DNA from: Anaeramoeba ignava BMAN | Taxonomy: Eukaryota > Protista > Anaeramoebae | Assembly: GCA_028826165.1 (NCBI GenBank) | Contig: JAPDFW010000100.1 | Coordinates: 1 to 64,000 of the forward strand | Reading direction: 5' to 3' | DNA: 64,000 bases | Part shown: positions 40,701-54,885 of the stretch, piece by piece | Numbering within the stretch: position 1 is the first letter of the stretch | How the letters are laid out: the number at the start of each line of letters is the position of its first letter | Translations under genes and position numbers: made by a program | Notes under the pieces: generated by a model | The model's input: only the letters and a program-made list of their open reading frames with translations | Database searches by the model: none | Told to the model about the DNA's origin: nothing

Positions 40701-40919
40701 CCAAATTTATATTTGATTTTTAAATCAATTTTAAATTAATTTAGATAATAAAATCTTTTTATAAATTTTATAAATAAATAATTTTATATTTTAAATAATA
40801 TTTTCTTTTTATTTTTATTATTTTTATTTTTGGAATTTATATTTAATTTTTTCATTTTTTTTTAATTTAGAAAATAAAAAGTGGAATAAAAAGTGGAATA
40901 AAAATGAAATAAAAAATAT

Positions 40920-42255
40920 TTTAAAATTATTTCTTAATTAAATTTATTACAAAATAATAAATAAATTGTAATTAAAAATCAAATAAAATAATAAATAAAA
41001 TATTTTAATAAATTTATTTAATTAATTTTTAATAATAATAATTTAATATTAATAATAAATTCATTTTTAAAATTATTTCTTAATTAAATTTATTACAAAA
41101 ATAATAAATAAATTATAATTAAAAATCAAGTAAAATAATAAATAAAATATTTTAATTAATTTATTTAATTATTTTTAATAATAATAATTTAATAATAATA
41201 ATAAATTCATTTTTAAAATTATTTCTTAATTAAATTTATTATAAAATAATAAATAAATTATAATTAAAAATCAAGTAAAAATAATAAATAAAATATTTTA
41301 ATAAATTTATTTAATTAATATTAATAATAATAATTTAATATTAATAATAAATTCATTTTTAAAATTATTTCTTAATTAAATTTATTACAAAAATAATAAA
41401 TAAATTATAATTAAAAATTAAATAAAATAATAAATAAAATATTTTTAATTAATTTATTTAATTAATTTTAATAATAATAATTTAATATTAATAATAAATT
41501 CATTTTTAAAAATATTTCTTAATTAAATTTATTACAAAATAATAAATAAATTATAATTAAAAATTAAATAAAATAATAAATAAAATATTTTAATTAATTT
41601 ATTTGATTATTTTTAATAATAATAATTTAATATTAATAATAAATTCATTTTTAAAATTATTTCTTAATTAAATTTATTACAAAATAATAAATAAATTATA
41701 ATTAAAAATTAAATAAAATAATAAATAAAATATTTTAATTAATTTATTTAATTATTTTTAATAATAATAATTTAATATTAATAATAAATTCATTTTTAAA
41801 ATTATTTTTAATTAAATTTATTACAAAATAATAAATAAATTATAATTAAAAATCAAATAAAATAATAAATAAAATATTTTTAATAAATTTATTTAATTAT
41901 TTTTAATAATAATAATTTAATATTAATAATAAATTCATTTTTAAAATTATTTCTTAATTAAATTTATTACAAAAATAATAAATAAATTATAATTAAAAAT
42001 TAAGTAAAATAATAAATAAAATATTTTAATTAATTTAATTATTTTTAATAATAATAATTTAATATTAGTAATAAATTCATTTTTAAAATTATTTTTAATT
42101 AAATTTATTACAAAATAATAAATAAATTATAATTAAAAATTAAATAAAATAATAAATAAAATATTTTAATTAATTTAATTAATTATTTTTAATAATAATA
42201 ATTTAATATTAATAATAAATTCATTTTTAAAATTATTTTTAATTAATTTTATTAA
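40920..42255. repeat. ~145-bp tandem repeat, 9 units
   Basis: Landmarks at 41060, 41206, 41352, 41499, 41644, 41789, 41934, 42076 and 42220. Confidence 0.92.
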
Positions 42256-45200
42256 TTTATTTTTAATAATTAAATTAAGAAATAAAAAGGATTTTTTGTT
42301 GATTAAAATAATTTTTGTTTTTTTTTTGTTTTTAAGAAATAAATAAATAAATAAAGAAAGAAAATTAATTTTATTTTCAATTTTTCCAATTTCTTTTTTA
42401 TTTTTATTTTATTTATTATTTTATTTAGAATTAAATTGTGAAAAATAAAGAAAAGAAGAAAGAAAATTAATTTTTTTTCTTTTTGGGAATATTTTTTGTT
42501 TTGTTATTTTAAATTAAGAAAAAAAGAAAAAAAGAGAATTAAAATTAAAAATTCTTTTTGTTTTTATTTTTGTTTTTGTTTTAATTTAATAAATAATTTC
42601 AAATTTAATTTATTATTTTTATTTTTTTTGGGAAATAAAAAAATGATTTAATTTTATTTATTTCTTTCTAAAATTAATTAATTAAATAATTAATATTTCC
42701 TCTTTTTTATTTTTATTTTTATTTTTATTTTTATTTTTAAATTTGGAAAATAAATTTAAATTGATTTATGTTTATTTTCTTTTTGATTTTTTGATTTTTT
42801 TGATTTTTTGATTTTTTGGAAATTAAAAAATTTTGAATAAGTAAATAAATAATTAAATAATTTATTCTTCTTTCTTTCTTTCTTTTTTTCTTTTTCTAAA
42901 ATATTCTTTCAATCAAAATAATAATAATAATTTAAATTAATTTGAATAAATTAATAAATATAATTTAATTTATGTAAAAAAAAAAACAAAAGAGAAATTA
43001 TTATTTTTATTTTTATTTTTATTTTTGAAATTATTTAAAAATATTTAGAGAATAAGATAAATTAAGAGAAAATTTATAAAAATGAAATAATTTATAAAAT
43101 AAAATATTATTTAAATTTAATTTAAAATTTATTTATAATTTAATTAAATAAAAATGAAAGAAATTATTCTTAATTATTCTTTTTCAATAATAATTAAGAA
43201 ATAATAAATAATAAAAATTATAAATTAGAACTTTTTGTTTTATTTGTTTCTTTCTTTTGATTATTTATCAAAATAAAAATATAATTTTTCTAAATTCAAA
43301 TCTTTTAAAAAGAAAATTTTTGTATATTTAAAATTTATATTCTTAATTTTTGAATATAAAAATTAAGAATATAAATTTGAAAATTATTTATATTCTTTTT
43401 ATATAAAATAAAATTTATTTAATTAATAATTCATTCTTATTCTTAAAATTATTATTTTATATTTAAAAACAATTTTAACAAATTTTTCTTTTTATAAGTT
43501 AAATTTTATTTATTCTTTTTTCTAATTTTTTTTCTTTTCCAATTTCTTGAATTAAAATTTATTTCATTTTATTTTATTTTTTATTATAAATTAATTAATA
43601 ATTTTTAATTATATTTTTCAATTTAATCTTATTTTATTTTATATTTGAAAATTATTATTTCTGATTATTAAATTATTTATATTATTTTAATTAAATTCAA
43701 AATCTTCTTCTTCTTCTTCTTTTTCTTTCATAATTTGAATTATTTCAAATTTTTCTTCAATTAAATTTTAATTATTTTCTTTTTAAATAATTTTTTTTTT
43801 CTAAATTAATTAGAAACAAAACAAAACAAAACAAATTTATTTATATTTATATTTATATTTATATTTTTATTAAAGATAATTAAAAATAAATAAAAAGAAA
43901 ATAAGAAGATACAAAATATGAAATATAATCACAATATTTAATGTAAAATATTATCTTAGAAAATAAATAATATTTAATTTGAAAAATAAAAATAAAAATA
44001 AAATAAGTTTTTAATATGAAATTTACAAGAAATCTAAAAATATCTTTTAATTATTCCAAATAAAAATTTAAATAATAATTCTCTCTAAAAAGAAATTAAA
44101 TTATTTTCAAAAAAAAAAAGAATTTAAGAAAGATTTATAGATAAAAATAATTATTAAAAATATTTATTAATTAATTAATTAAATAAAATAATTTATAAAA
44201 TATAAGAAAAATCAAAATCAAAATCAAAAAAAAAAGAATTTTATTTATTTATTTTTATTGTAAATATAATAATAATAAATAAGAAATTGAAATAATAAAA
44301 TAAAATATAAATTATATTCAAAAAGAAATAAATAAAGAAGAATTCTTTTAATTTTATTTATAAATTTTTATTATAATAAACATAAAAAAAATTAATAAAA
44401 TAAAAATAAAATAACAAGAAAATAATATTAGAAAAAAAAAGTAAAATTGATTTCAAAATAATATTTTTGAAATTATATTATTATTTATTATTTTAAATAT
44501 TAAGAGAATAAAATTCTTGAAAATGAAGAAAATTAAATAATTATAGAAAGAAAAATCAAGTTAATAATATAAATAATTAGAAGAAACAAAATAATCATAA
44601 ATAATAAAATTAAAAATTAATTCCAAAATAATCAATTAGAAACAAAAAATAATAAATAAATTTAAAATTATAAAAATTAAATAAAATAAAATCAAAAACT
44701 TAATAATAATATTAGAAAATAAAAATAAAGAATATAAATAATTAATTCAAAAGAAAAAGAAAATAAGAAAATCTTTAATATAAATCAATTTTATAATTAA
44801 AAATTAAATTCAAAAATTATTGAAAAAGGAGAATTTAAATATAAGATAAATTAAATTCTTTTTCTTTTTGAAATTTATAATTTAGAAAATTATTATTAAT
44901 AATAAAATAAAAATTAATAATTTAAGAGATATAAATTTCTTAATTTTATTTTTGTTTTTATTTTAAACAAATACAAATAAAAATAAAAACAATTTTAAAT
45001 AATATTTTTCAAATAAATTAAAATCAAAAATTTAATTTAAATTATTTTTCTTTGATTTAAATTTGATAAAAATAAACATTAATTTATTTAAAAATGAAAA
45101 AGAATTTAATTCTCTTTTTCTTCTTCTTCTTCTTTCTTTTCAAAATTATCAAAATAAGGAAATATAATTAAGAAGAAAAATATTAAGAATAAAATTATTT

Positions 45201-46725
45201 AAGAAATTAAATTAATTTAAATTAAATTAAATATAATAAAATTAATTATTTTAGAAAAGATATATTAATATCAAGAATAAGTTTATTTTTAATTAATTTT
45301 AATATAAATAATCTAAATTTTGATAATTTAAAAATGAATAAAAAATAAAGAATATTTTTTTTTCAAAAGAAGAATATATAATATTTTTATTTTATTTTCT
45401 TATTTTCCTTATAAAAACAAATAAATGAATAATAAATTTTCTCTTAAAAAAAAAATAAAAAAATCAAAAATTAACACAATAAAATCTTCTTTTTAAAATT
45501 TCAAAATTCAAAATTCAAATAATTAATAAAATTTTCAAATAAAAAACAAAAAAATAAATATGTATTCTCTTTAATTTCATAAAAATATAAAATTATTCAA
45601 AAATATTCTTTTATTCAATAAATAAATGAAAATAAATTTAAAATATAAAATTTATTTATTTAATTAAATTATATTTGAAATATTTAATTAAAAGAAAAAG
45701 AAAATATTATTATAAAAATGTAAATTAAAAATCCAAAAAAATCAAAAATTCAAAATTAAATTCAAATATAAATTAAAAAGAAGAAAATATTTCTAAAAAA
45801 TTTGGAAAATTTAAATAAATAATTTGAAAAAAAAAGAAGAAAGAAAAGAAAATTAATAAGAATAATTAAATAAATCAAGAGAAAAAGAAATGAAAATGAA
45901 AATATTTTTACTTTCCAATTTAATTTAATTTTAATTTAATTTAAAAATAAAAATAAAAAGATTTACAAATAATAAATAATATAAATATGAATAAATAAGA
46001 TAAATATTGATAAAATTATTTCTAAAAATCAAAATTTTTGTAAAAATATTTTTATTTTATTCAAAAGAAAAAAAAATTATTAATTAATTAAATCAATAAT
46101 ATAAAGTGATATCAATTAATAAATATATTTTATAAATATTTATTTATATTTATTAAATAATTTATTAATTAAATAATAATATAATTTTGTTTTCATTTTT
46201 TTTAAATTTTTGAAAATAAATTAAATATTTTATAATTATTAATAAATAAATAAAATAAATCAATAATAATAATAATAATATAAAATGATATCAATTAATA
46301 AAATATATTTTATAAATATTTATTTATATTTATTAAATAATTTATTAATTTATTTTACATTTAAAATTGAAAAAGAATAAGAATGAAAATATTAATAAAT
46401 CTAAAAATATTGAAAATGAGAATAAAAAAAAACTATTATAAACAAAGAATTAAATTAAAAATAAGAAATAAAAGTGATAAATTTCAAAATTTGAAATGAT
46501 AAATAATTTTTTTTTGATTATTTTATTCTTAATATTCCTTAAAGAAGATATTTACAATCAAATAAAAATAAATTTAATAAAAAAAAAACCAAAAATAAAA
46601 ATAAAAATAAAAATAAAAATAAAAATAAAAAAAGATTTGATTTTGTTTTGTTTTTTTTGATTTAAAATAATTTTATTTAATAAAAAAAAAAAGAAAAAAA
46701 AATAATTAGAATTGTTTTATATTCC

Positions 46726-47856
46726 AAATCAAAATTAAATTAAATTAAAATTAAATTAAATTAAATCAAAAATAAAATTAAATCAAAATTAAATCAAAAT
46801 TAAATCAAAATTAAATCAAAATTTAAATCAAAATTAAATTAAAATCAAATCAAAGTTAAATCAAAATTAAAATCAAAATTAAATTCAAAATTAAATTAAA
46901 TCAAAATTAAATTAAATTAAATCAAAATTAAATTAAAATTAAATCAAAATTAAATTAAATCAAAATTAAATCAAATTTAAATCAAATCAAAATTAAATCA
47001 AAATTAAATTAAAATCAAAATTAAATCAAAATTAAATTAAATCAAATTAAAATTAAATCAAAATTAAATCAAAATTAAATCAAATCAAATCAAAATTAAA
47101 ATTAAATCAAAATTAAATCAAAATCAAAATTAAATTAAAATTTAAATTAAATCAAAATTAAATTAAATCAAAATTAAATTAAATTAAATCAAAATTAAAT
47201 TAAATCAAAATTAAATTAAATCAAAATTAAATCAAATCAAAATTAAATCAAAATTAAATTAAATCAAATCAAAATTAAATTAAATTAAATCAAAATTAAA
47301 TCAAAATTAAATCAAAATTAAATCAAAATTAAATTAAATTAAATCAAAATTAAATTAAATTAAATCAAAATTAAAATCAAAAATAAATTAAAATCAAATC
47401 AAAATTAAATCAAAATTAAATTAAATTAAATCAAAATTAAATCAAAATTAAATTAAATTAAAATCAAAATAAATTAAATCAAAATTAAATCAAAATTAAA
47501 TTAAAATTAAATCAAAATTAAATTAAATCAAATCAAAATTAAATTAAATCAAAATTAAAATCAAAATTAAATCAAAATTAAATTAAATCAAATTAAATTA
47601 AATTAAAATTAAATCAAAATTAAATTAAATCAAATTAAATTAAATTAAAATTAAATCAAAATTAAATCAAAATCAAAATTAAATCAAAATTAAATTAAAT
47701 TAAATTAAATTAAAATTAAATCAAAATTAAATCAAAATTTAATCAAAATTAAATCAAAATCAAAATTAAATCAAAATTAAATTAAATTAAATCAAAATTA
47801 AAATTAAATCAAAATTAAAATCAAAATCAAAATCAAAATTAAATTAAATTAAATTA
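46726..47856. repeat. Compound AAAT(T/C) microsatellite at the unit boundary
   Basis: About 1.1 kb of mixed 5- and 6-mers. Confidence 0.93.
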
Positions 47857-48208
47857 AAAAATATTTCCCAAAAAGAAAAAATTAATTATTTCTTTTATTT
47901 TTTTTATTTAATTATTTATATTTTTGATTAAATTTAAGAAATAAAAAAGATGAAAAGAAAAAAAACAAATTTAATTTTGATTTTTATTTTGAAATTATTA
48001 TTTATTTTTGATAATTTAAATTAAAATTTTTAAAATTAATAAAAATAATCAATTCAAAATTTTTATTAAAAATAAAAATAAAAAGGAATAAATTTTAAAT
48101 TTTGAATTTTGAAATTTTAATAATTTAATTTTATTTATAAATTTTTGAATTTTTATAATTTTTAAGAATAAATTAATAAAACAAAACAAAATAATTTTAA
48201 TTTTAATT

Positions 48209-51200
48209 TTAATTTTTCTTTCCATTTTTTTTAAAAACAAAAATTAAAAAGATTAAAAAGAAAAAGGAATTTGATTTATTTTTATTCAATGCTAATGCAA
48301 CTTTGTTTTGAGAAATAAATCGATGAAGTATTGCAAGAGAAACATCTCGAACATTTTGAGGAATTTCATGTCTCATTTCAATGTTTTCCAACAAATTAGA
48401 CTTTTCAACTTTAGAAAGAATACATTCAAAGAACTTGAAATTTTTGTTAAAAAAAAAATAAATTTAATTAAAAATAATGAATAAAAAATAAATAATAATA
48501 ATAAAGAAAAATTAAATTAGATTACTGTGTGAAAATTATCATTATTTTTTTTAATAAAAGCAGTGGAATTGATCAACGATTCTTCTTTAAAAGATGATCC
48601 ATTTAAAGAATTTTGAATGAATTTTGAAACGAGTGTTAAGATTTTCCTTTTTGTATCTTGAATTTGTGAGTCGTGTTCTGTTTCTAGTAAAATTCCAAAA
48701 CTTGAATGAGCTAGAATTGCCGGACAGAAAAATCTCAAAAATAAAAATCCACCCATCGCAAAATATCCACTATTTCCATTAAATTTAGAATTGCAAGACT
48801 TGTTCAACAAATAACAAATATACTTAAATTGATTAGGCATTTCTCCAATTTCAAAAATTTTAGTCAAAAACTCCTGTGCAAGTGACTCAATTTTGGATAT
48901 ATTTTCGGATAGAGTTGATTGAGCAACCAAATCAACTTGGAGATCGAAATTGTCTTCCAAATTATCATCCAAATTATCATCCAAATTATCATCCAAATTA
49001 TCATCCAAATTATCATCCAAATTATCTTTCAACTTATTGGGATTTCTAGATTCCAAAATTAGTTTTTTATCTAATATAATGTTGTCATATTTTTCCGAGG
49101 TGTAAACTTCAAAGATTTTACCAGCTAATATGGTATACAAATAAGGTAATCCAATGATTTTTGCATAAAAGCTCAATATTTTGCTTGATGGACTGTTTAA
49201 ACGGAATAAAGTAGATTCTTGTTCAGTTTTTTCAACTTCATCTTTTATTAATTCCTCAATTAGCTTCTTGAACAAATTATTATGAACAGCTAAATAAGTA
49301 ACAGCTCTACAAACAGAATCCATATCATATACTTTGACAACTTTCAACATCCCACTAATAAATCTTAAACTATCTGCTGTAGTAAAAATCAATTCTTCAA
49401 GATCTCGAATCGATTCCATTTTCTTGGCATTTTCACCTTTAAATTGCAAATTATACAATTTCTCTCCATAAACGTAAGGCCCAAAATCATCAGGAGGAGG
49501 TGGTGCTTTTACTTCGTTTTTCTTTCTTCTCACAACCAAAACCACCAAAACAACAATCAAAACCAATCCAAATCCTCCAACACTTGCTCCAACAGCAATA
49601 GGAATCGTGTTGTTTACATTGTTGCTTGTTGTTTGTTGCGGAACAGAAATCTCATACTTCACCAAATAGAAATCTTCTGGCTTCTCTGTATTCGTCAAAT
49701 TCACAACCAAATAATCAGTCTGCGCTCCTTCATTCCCTTCATTCGTTATGATCGTGAAGTTTGCTAATTGCTCATCAATTTCCTTCTTGCTTCCGTTCAA
49801 CATCTTGTTTTGCGTCTCGTTGAAACTTGATGATTTCATCTCAAATACTGTTAATGAAAGTCTTATTATAAGTTCTGTTTCGTCAGGATCAAAAATATCA
49901 AACGAAATCATGAATTGGTTTCCTTGATAAATGAATTCTTTGTTGTTATTGTTGTTTTCACAATCATCATAGCAAATTGCTTGAATTGTTGATTGATGAT
50001 AAGTTTTTGTAATATCAAAAACAATTGTGAAGTTTTTAACTGCTTCTCCATTCTTCATCATAAAACTCAACTCCAATGGATAAAAATAGTAAAGTGGTGC
50101 TCTGATATAAACCAACAAAGGATTCGCTTCATTGATTGATGTTCCATCTCCTTTTGTGATTACATCCCCCAATAGAAATATCACTGTTGTTTACTCGAAT
50201 ACTTGAATTTGAAATGTTCTCTCCAATCCATACAATTTCCCAAATAGAACTTAAATTTCCTGAAAATAAATCTGTAAATGTGAGATTGATTGGTGAATAA
50301 TCATCTTCAGTTATGTTCCCTTCTCCTTTATTCATTTCAAGATTAGATGAATTAAGTTTCAATGTGATTTGATTTGTTCTTGAATATCCACTATCTGATC
50401 CTAATGTTAGATTAAAAGAAATATCTGGAGAATTATCATTGTTTTGAGATGTCATAATATAATCAAATGTAAGATTTCCTGAATTTGAAGCAGAAGAAAT
50501 ATTAGATGTAATCCCATTCGAAACAAGTTTTCCATTATAATAAATGATTCCATTCGTGATAGGTGATGATATTGTGAAATTAATAACATTATTTCCTTTT
50601 CCATCTTTATAATCTATCGCAAAACTTTGATTTTCTAAACTTGATAAATTTAATTCAAAATAAAAAGGATAAAATCCAGGACCTCCTGTTACATTTCTAA
50701 CATCAATTATCAACTTAGATTGGTGTTTCCATGATGATTTATAATTCAAATCAACAAAAGTAATTGTATATCCAAACAAACATTGAACACTTTGATTTGG
50801 TTGAATTGGAGCTAAAATATTAATTTTTGAAGAATTAATTGGCAAAGTATAATTAAGTTTAATTTGATCACCTGAATCTGCTGAATACAAATTACAATAA
50901 TAATATGAAGAATTTGAATTATTTGAAGTTATACTAATTTCATAAATTGAAGAATTTGATAAAAGATAAAAATCACTAAAATCAAATAATGAATATTGAC
51001 TATCATTTAATGTAAGTGTATTTCTTGATTGATTAAACCAAGCAGGAATTCCAGCTTCATAATTTCCTTTAATTTCTTCACTTGTTAATATTCTTTCATA
51101 ACTTCCTACATAATAAACCAAATGTTCAAATTGTAAAGTATCCATTGGAAAAACATTTGAAATATTTTGAGAAAGATTTCCAAAACCAATTTTAATATTA

Positions 51201-51990
51201 TTAAGATAAACAGATTGATTTCCAATTTCCCAATTTACAATTAAATGATAATAATCTCCATTTGATAAATCAGGTGTTAATACTGTAAAATTTTCAACTG
51301 GAGAATAACCTTGATAAATTTGAATCAAAAGAGAAGAAGTATTTGAACCTATTGAAATTACTGGATAATAAGATTGAGTTGAAAAAGAAGATGGTTTGCC
51401 ATTAATCAAAACATTATTAGATTGATTAATATTTGAAAACCAAATCTCAATTGAAAAAGAAGAAGAACTCAAATTAAGATTAATTGCAGTATATGTTGAT
51501 GGATTATTTGAAGATTCAATTCCTTTTTTTTTTAAAATTAAAATTAAAATTAAAATTAAAATTTAAATTAAAATTAAAATTAAAATTAAAATTAAAATTA
51601 AAATTAAAATTAAAATTAAAATTAAAATTAAAATTAAAATTAAAATTAAAATTAAAATTAAAATTAAAATTAAAATTAAAATTAAAATCCAAAAAAATAA
51701 GAGAAAAATTTGGAAAAAAAAAATTTAAATTTAAAATTAAAATTAAAATTACCTGTATGAGCAACATTATTTTCAATATACCACCAATTTGTATTTTGAG
51801 TTGAAATACTTACATTTACTTCAGATCCATCAGCAAGAAAACAAGGAATTAAATTTCCAGAATATTGATTTTGAAAAGTAAATGAAACATTAGAAGGAAT
51901 TACTCTTGAACAAAATGAATTTGATAAAAGAAAAAAAATAAAACAAATTGAAAAAGAAAAAGAAAAAGAAAAAAGATTAAATTTAATCAT
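48209..51990 (-). CDS. Gene A copy 4: full-length LamG-like transmembrane RasGAP receptor (~1150 aa; exons 51990-51753, 51522-48526 and 48433-48209), with a +1 frameshift at ~50170 that is probably an artefact
   Basis: RasGAP signatures TLFRLNSPSSK (arginine finger), GGFLFLRFFCPAI (FLR motif), LVSKFIQN and FKEE. A phase-0 intron at 48525-48434 gives NFHT|FFECIL. The ectodomain and TM match copies 2 and 3. The exact C-terminus is uncertain. Confidence 0.88.
48957..49026 (-). repeat. 12-bp coding tandem repeat encoding (LDDN)n inside the RasGAP domain
   Basis: About 5 copies of ccaaattatcat; the translation reads KDNLDDNLDDNLDDNLDDNLDDNLEDNF. Confidence 0.92.
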
Positions 51991-52934
51991 TTCTTTTTTT
52001 TGTTTGATTGATTAATTGATTAATTGATTAATTGAAAAATTAAATCAAAAAAAAAATCCAAAAAAAATTTTTCAAATGAAAAATTAAAAAAAAAAAAGTG
52101 AAAAATCAAAATTAAAAAAAATTTTTTTTTATTTTAAAAAAATCTCAATAAAAATAAATTAAAAATAAATTAAAAAATAAAAAAGCAAATTTATTTTTAA
52201 TTTAAATTTGACTTTGATTTTAATTTTTAATTTTAATTTTAATTTTAATTTTAATTTTAAATTTAAATGTGGTTATTTAATCAATAAAATAAAAAATAAA
52301 ATAAATCCAAAAAAAAAAATTAAATAAAATTAATAAGGCAAAATAAAAGTAAATTTTAATTTTAAATTTTTAATTTTAAATTTTAAAATAAAAAAATTAA
52401 ATTTAAAATTTGATCTCTTTTTGATTTTTAAATTAAAAATTAAATAAATTAAATTTAAATTAAATTAAAATTAAATTAAATTAAATCAAAATTAAATTAA
52501 ATCAAAATTAAATTAAAATAAATTAAATTAAATTAAATTAAATTAAATTAAATTAAATTAAATTAAATTAAATTAAATTAAATTAAATTAAATTAAATTA
52601 AATTAAATTAGATCTGATCTTTTTTCTTTTTTTTTTTCTTTTTTTATTTTGATTGTTTGAATTATTTTTTTATTTATTTTTTTTGGATTTAAAATTAAAT
52701 TAAAAATTAAAATTTAAAAATTAAAAAAGAAAATAAAAAGATTTTTTGTTTTTGTTTTTGTTTTTTGTTTTTGTTTTGAAATTCATTCAATTGAAAAAAA
52801 GAAAAAGAAAAGAAAAGAAAAGAAAAAAAAATATTTTCCTTTTTTCTTTTTGATTGATTGATTAATTGATTGATTGCTTGATTGATTAATTGATTGATTA
52901 ATTGATTGATTAATTGATTGATTAATTGATTGAT

Positions 52935-54885
52935 TCAGAAAAAAAGAAGAAAAGAAAAAAAGAAAATTGAAATTGAAATTGAGAGAGAATTGAAAAGAAA
53001 AGAAGGTGAATTAGAAAAAGGTGAATTTGGAATTGAGATATTAAGTGTTGCAGTTGTTGAATAATAAATTGTTGAATTAATTTCTTCATAAATTGAATAA
53101 TTAATTGTAATTATTGTTTCTTTACCTCCAAGAATATAAATCATTTTAGAATTTTGAGGTAATGTTGAGCCAGTTTTAATAGTAATATATCCTTCTGAAT
53201 CTGAATAGAAATTTGCACCATTTGCTTCTAAAATATTCTCAATTATTACAGTGAAATTATATTGTTTTAAAATACTTTCACATTCAAGTTCAATTCCTTC
53301 AATTTTTCCAGTTTCTAAATTTACTTTTTGATTATTAACTTGAAGAAAATTTTGAATTATAATATTTTCATTACAATTTGTTGAATTTTTTCCTCTATTA
53401 TTTGTAACAAAATATGAAAAATTAATTAATTGTTGAGATGAATGATTTAAATTTTCTTCATATTCATAAATAACACTCCAATTATCAAAAGATCTATAAT
53501 CAACAATAGTATCATTTGAAATAATTTTTGAACCTTTAGTTTGATTTGAAAGAATTTGATAAATTGATCCATTTAAAGGAATTGAATTAATTATTGCATT
53601 ATCAAGATTTGAATATTGATCATTTCCAATTAAAGAAATTTGACAAGATTTATCAATATTAATACAATAAGTTGATAAAGAAGAACAATATGGATTTGGA
53701 GGATTGATTGAAACATTAAATTGAATTGAATAAGGAGGATTTGGAAATGTTGAAAAATTATTAGTTTTATCAAAAAGTGAAATATTCCATTTAGTAATAT
53801 AAGAATCTTGATAAAGATTTCCTTCAAAAAGAAATTGAGAAGATAAATTAACATTTAATTCTTGTTCATTATAAATCAAATTTGTTTTTATTCCATCAAA
53901 AAATGTGTAAATAGATCCATAATTTAGATCAAAAATATTAATTGTTTTCAATATAAATGTATCATTTGTTTCATTTGTAAAAGATTCAAGACTAATAATA
54001 TCTATTTATTTTATTTTTCAAAAAATTTATTTTTAATTCAAATTCAAATTCAAATTCCAAAAAAATAAAAAATAAAAAAATACCTTTTAATTGAAAAGTT
54101 TTGTTTGTTTGAATATTTAATGAATTAATTAAAATTGATGGAGGAGCAGGAGGTGGTCCATTATTAAATCTACTTAAAATATATGAAGATGAAAGTTCAC
54201 TTCCATAAACTCCTAAATACATAAATCTTGTGAATATAGCAACAGTTGTTAATTCAGCTTCATTTTGAGTCATTGTTAAATAATTATTCCCATCAGAATG
54301 AATAATTGAATTAATCAAAGTTCCATTATAATAAGTTGAAAAATTTCCATTTTTTTTATAAGTAAAAACAATATGATTTAAGAATCCAAATGATGAAATA
54401 TTGGAATAAAGAACTTTTGGGTTTTGATTTTGATCAAAAATAGCAATTTGAATTTGAGGAGGAGATTGAGATGTATCAGTTGTTGCTACAAAAAACCAAT
54501 CTCCTGAAAGAATTTGAAATAGAGTATAAATTGATTGATTTGCAGGAGGTTGAAGAAACCAAAATTCAAAAGAAGCTTGCTCAGTATATGAAGTTGAATT
54601 TAATCCACATCCTTGAGTTAAATCAGAACAATTACAATATATGAAATTAGATTGAAGAACATTAGTTTGAGTCATATTAACACCAGAACTAAAAAGTGAA
54701 GGATAAAGCCAATTTCCAGAAACACCAGAGAAAAAGAAAGTTTGATCAGGTAAAGAAGCAGCAATATCACCTTTTCCTTCATTAAATTTAAATTCAAATT
54801 GTTTATTAACTTGAGATAATCTAATTTCAATTAAAAAAATCAAAAAAATAAATTGAAAAAGATTAAATTTAAAATTATTTGCCAT
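52935..54885 (-). CDS. Gene B copy 4: LamG-like, probably GPI-anchored surface protein (622 aa; exons 54885-54084 and 54001-52935)
   Basis: Intact frame (802+1067 nt) with the same architecture as copy 2. Confidence 0.88.
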
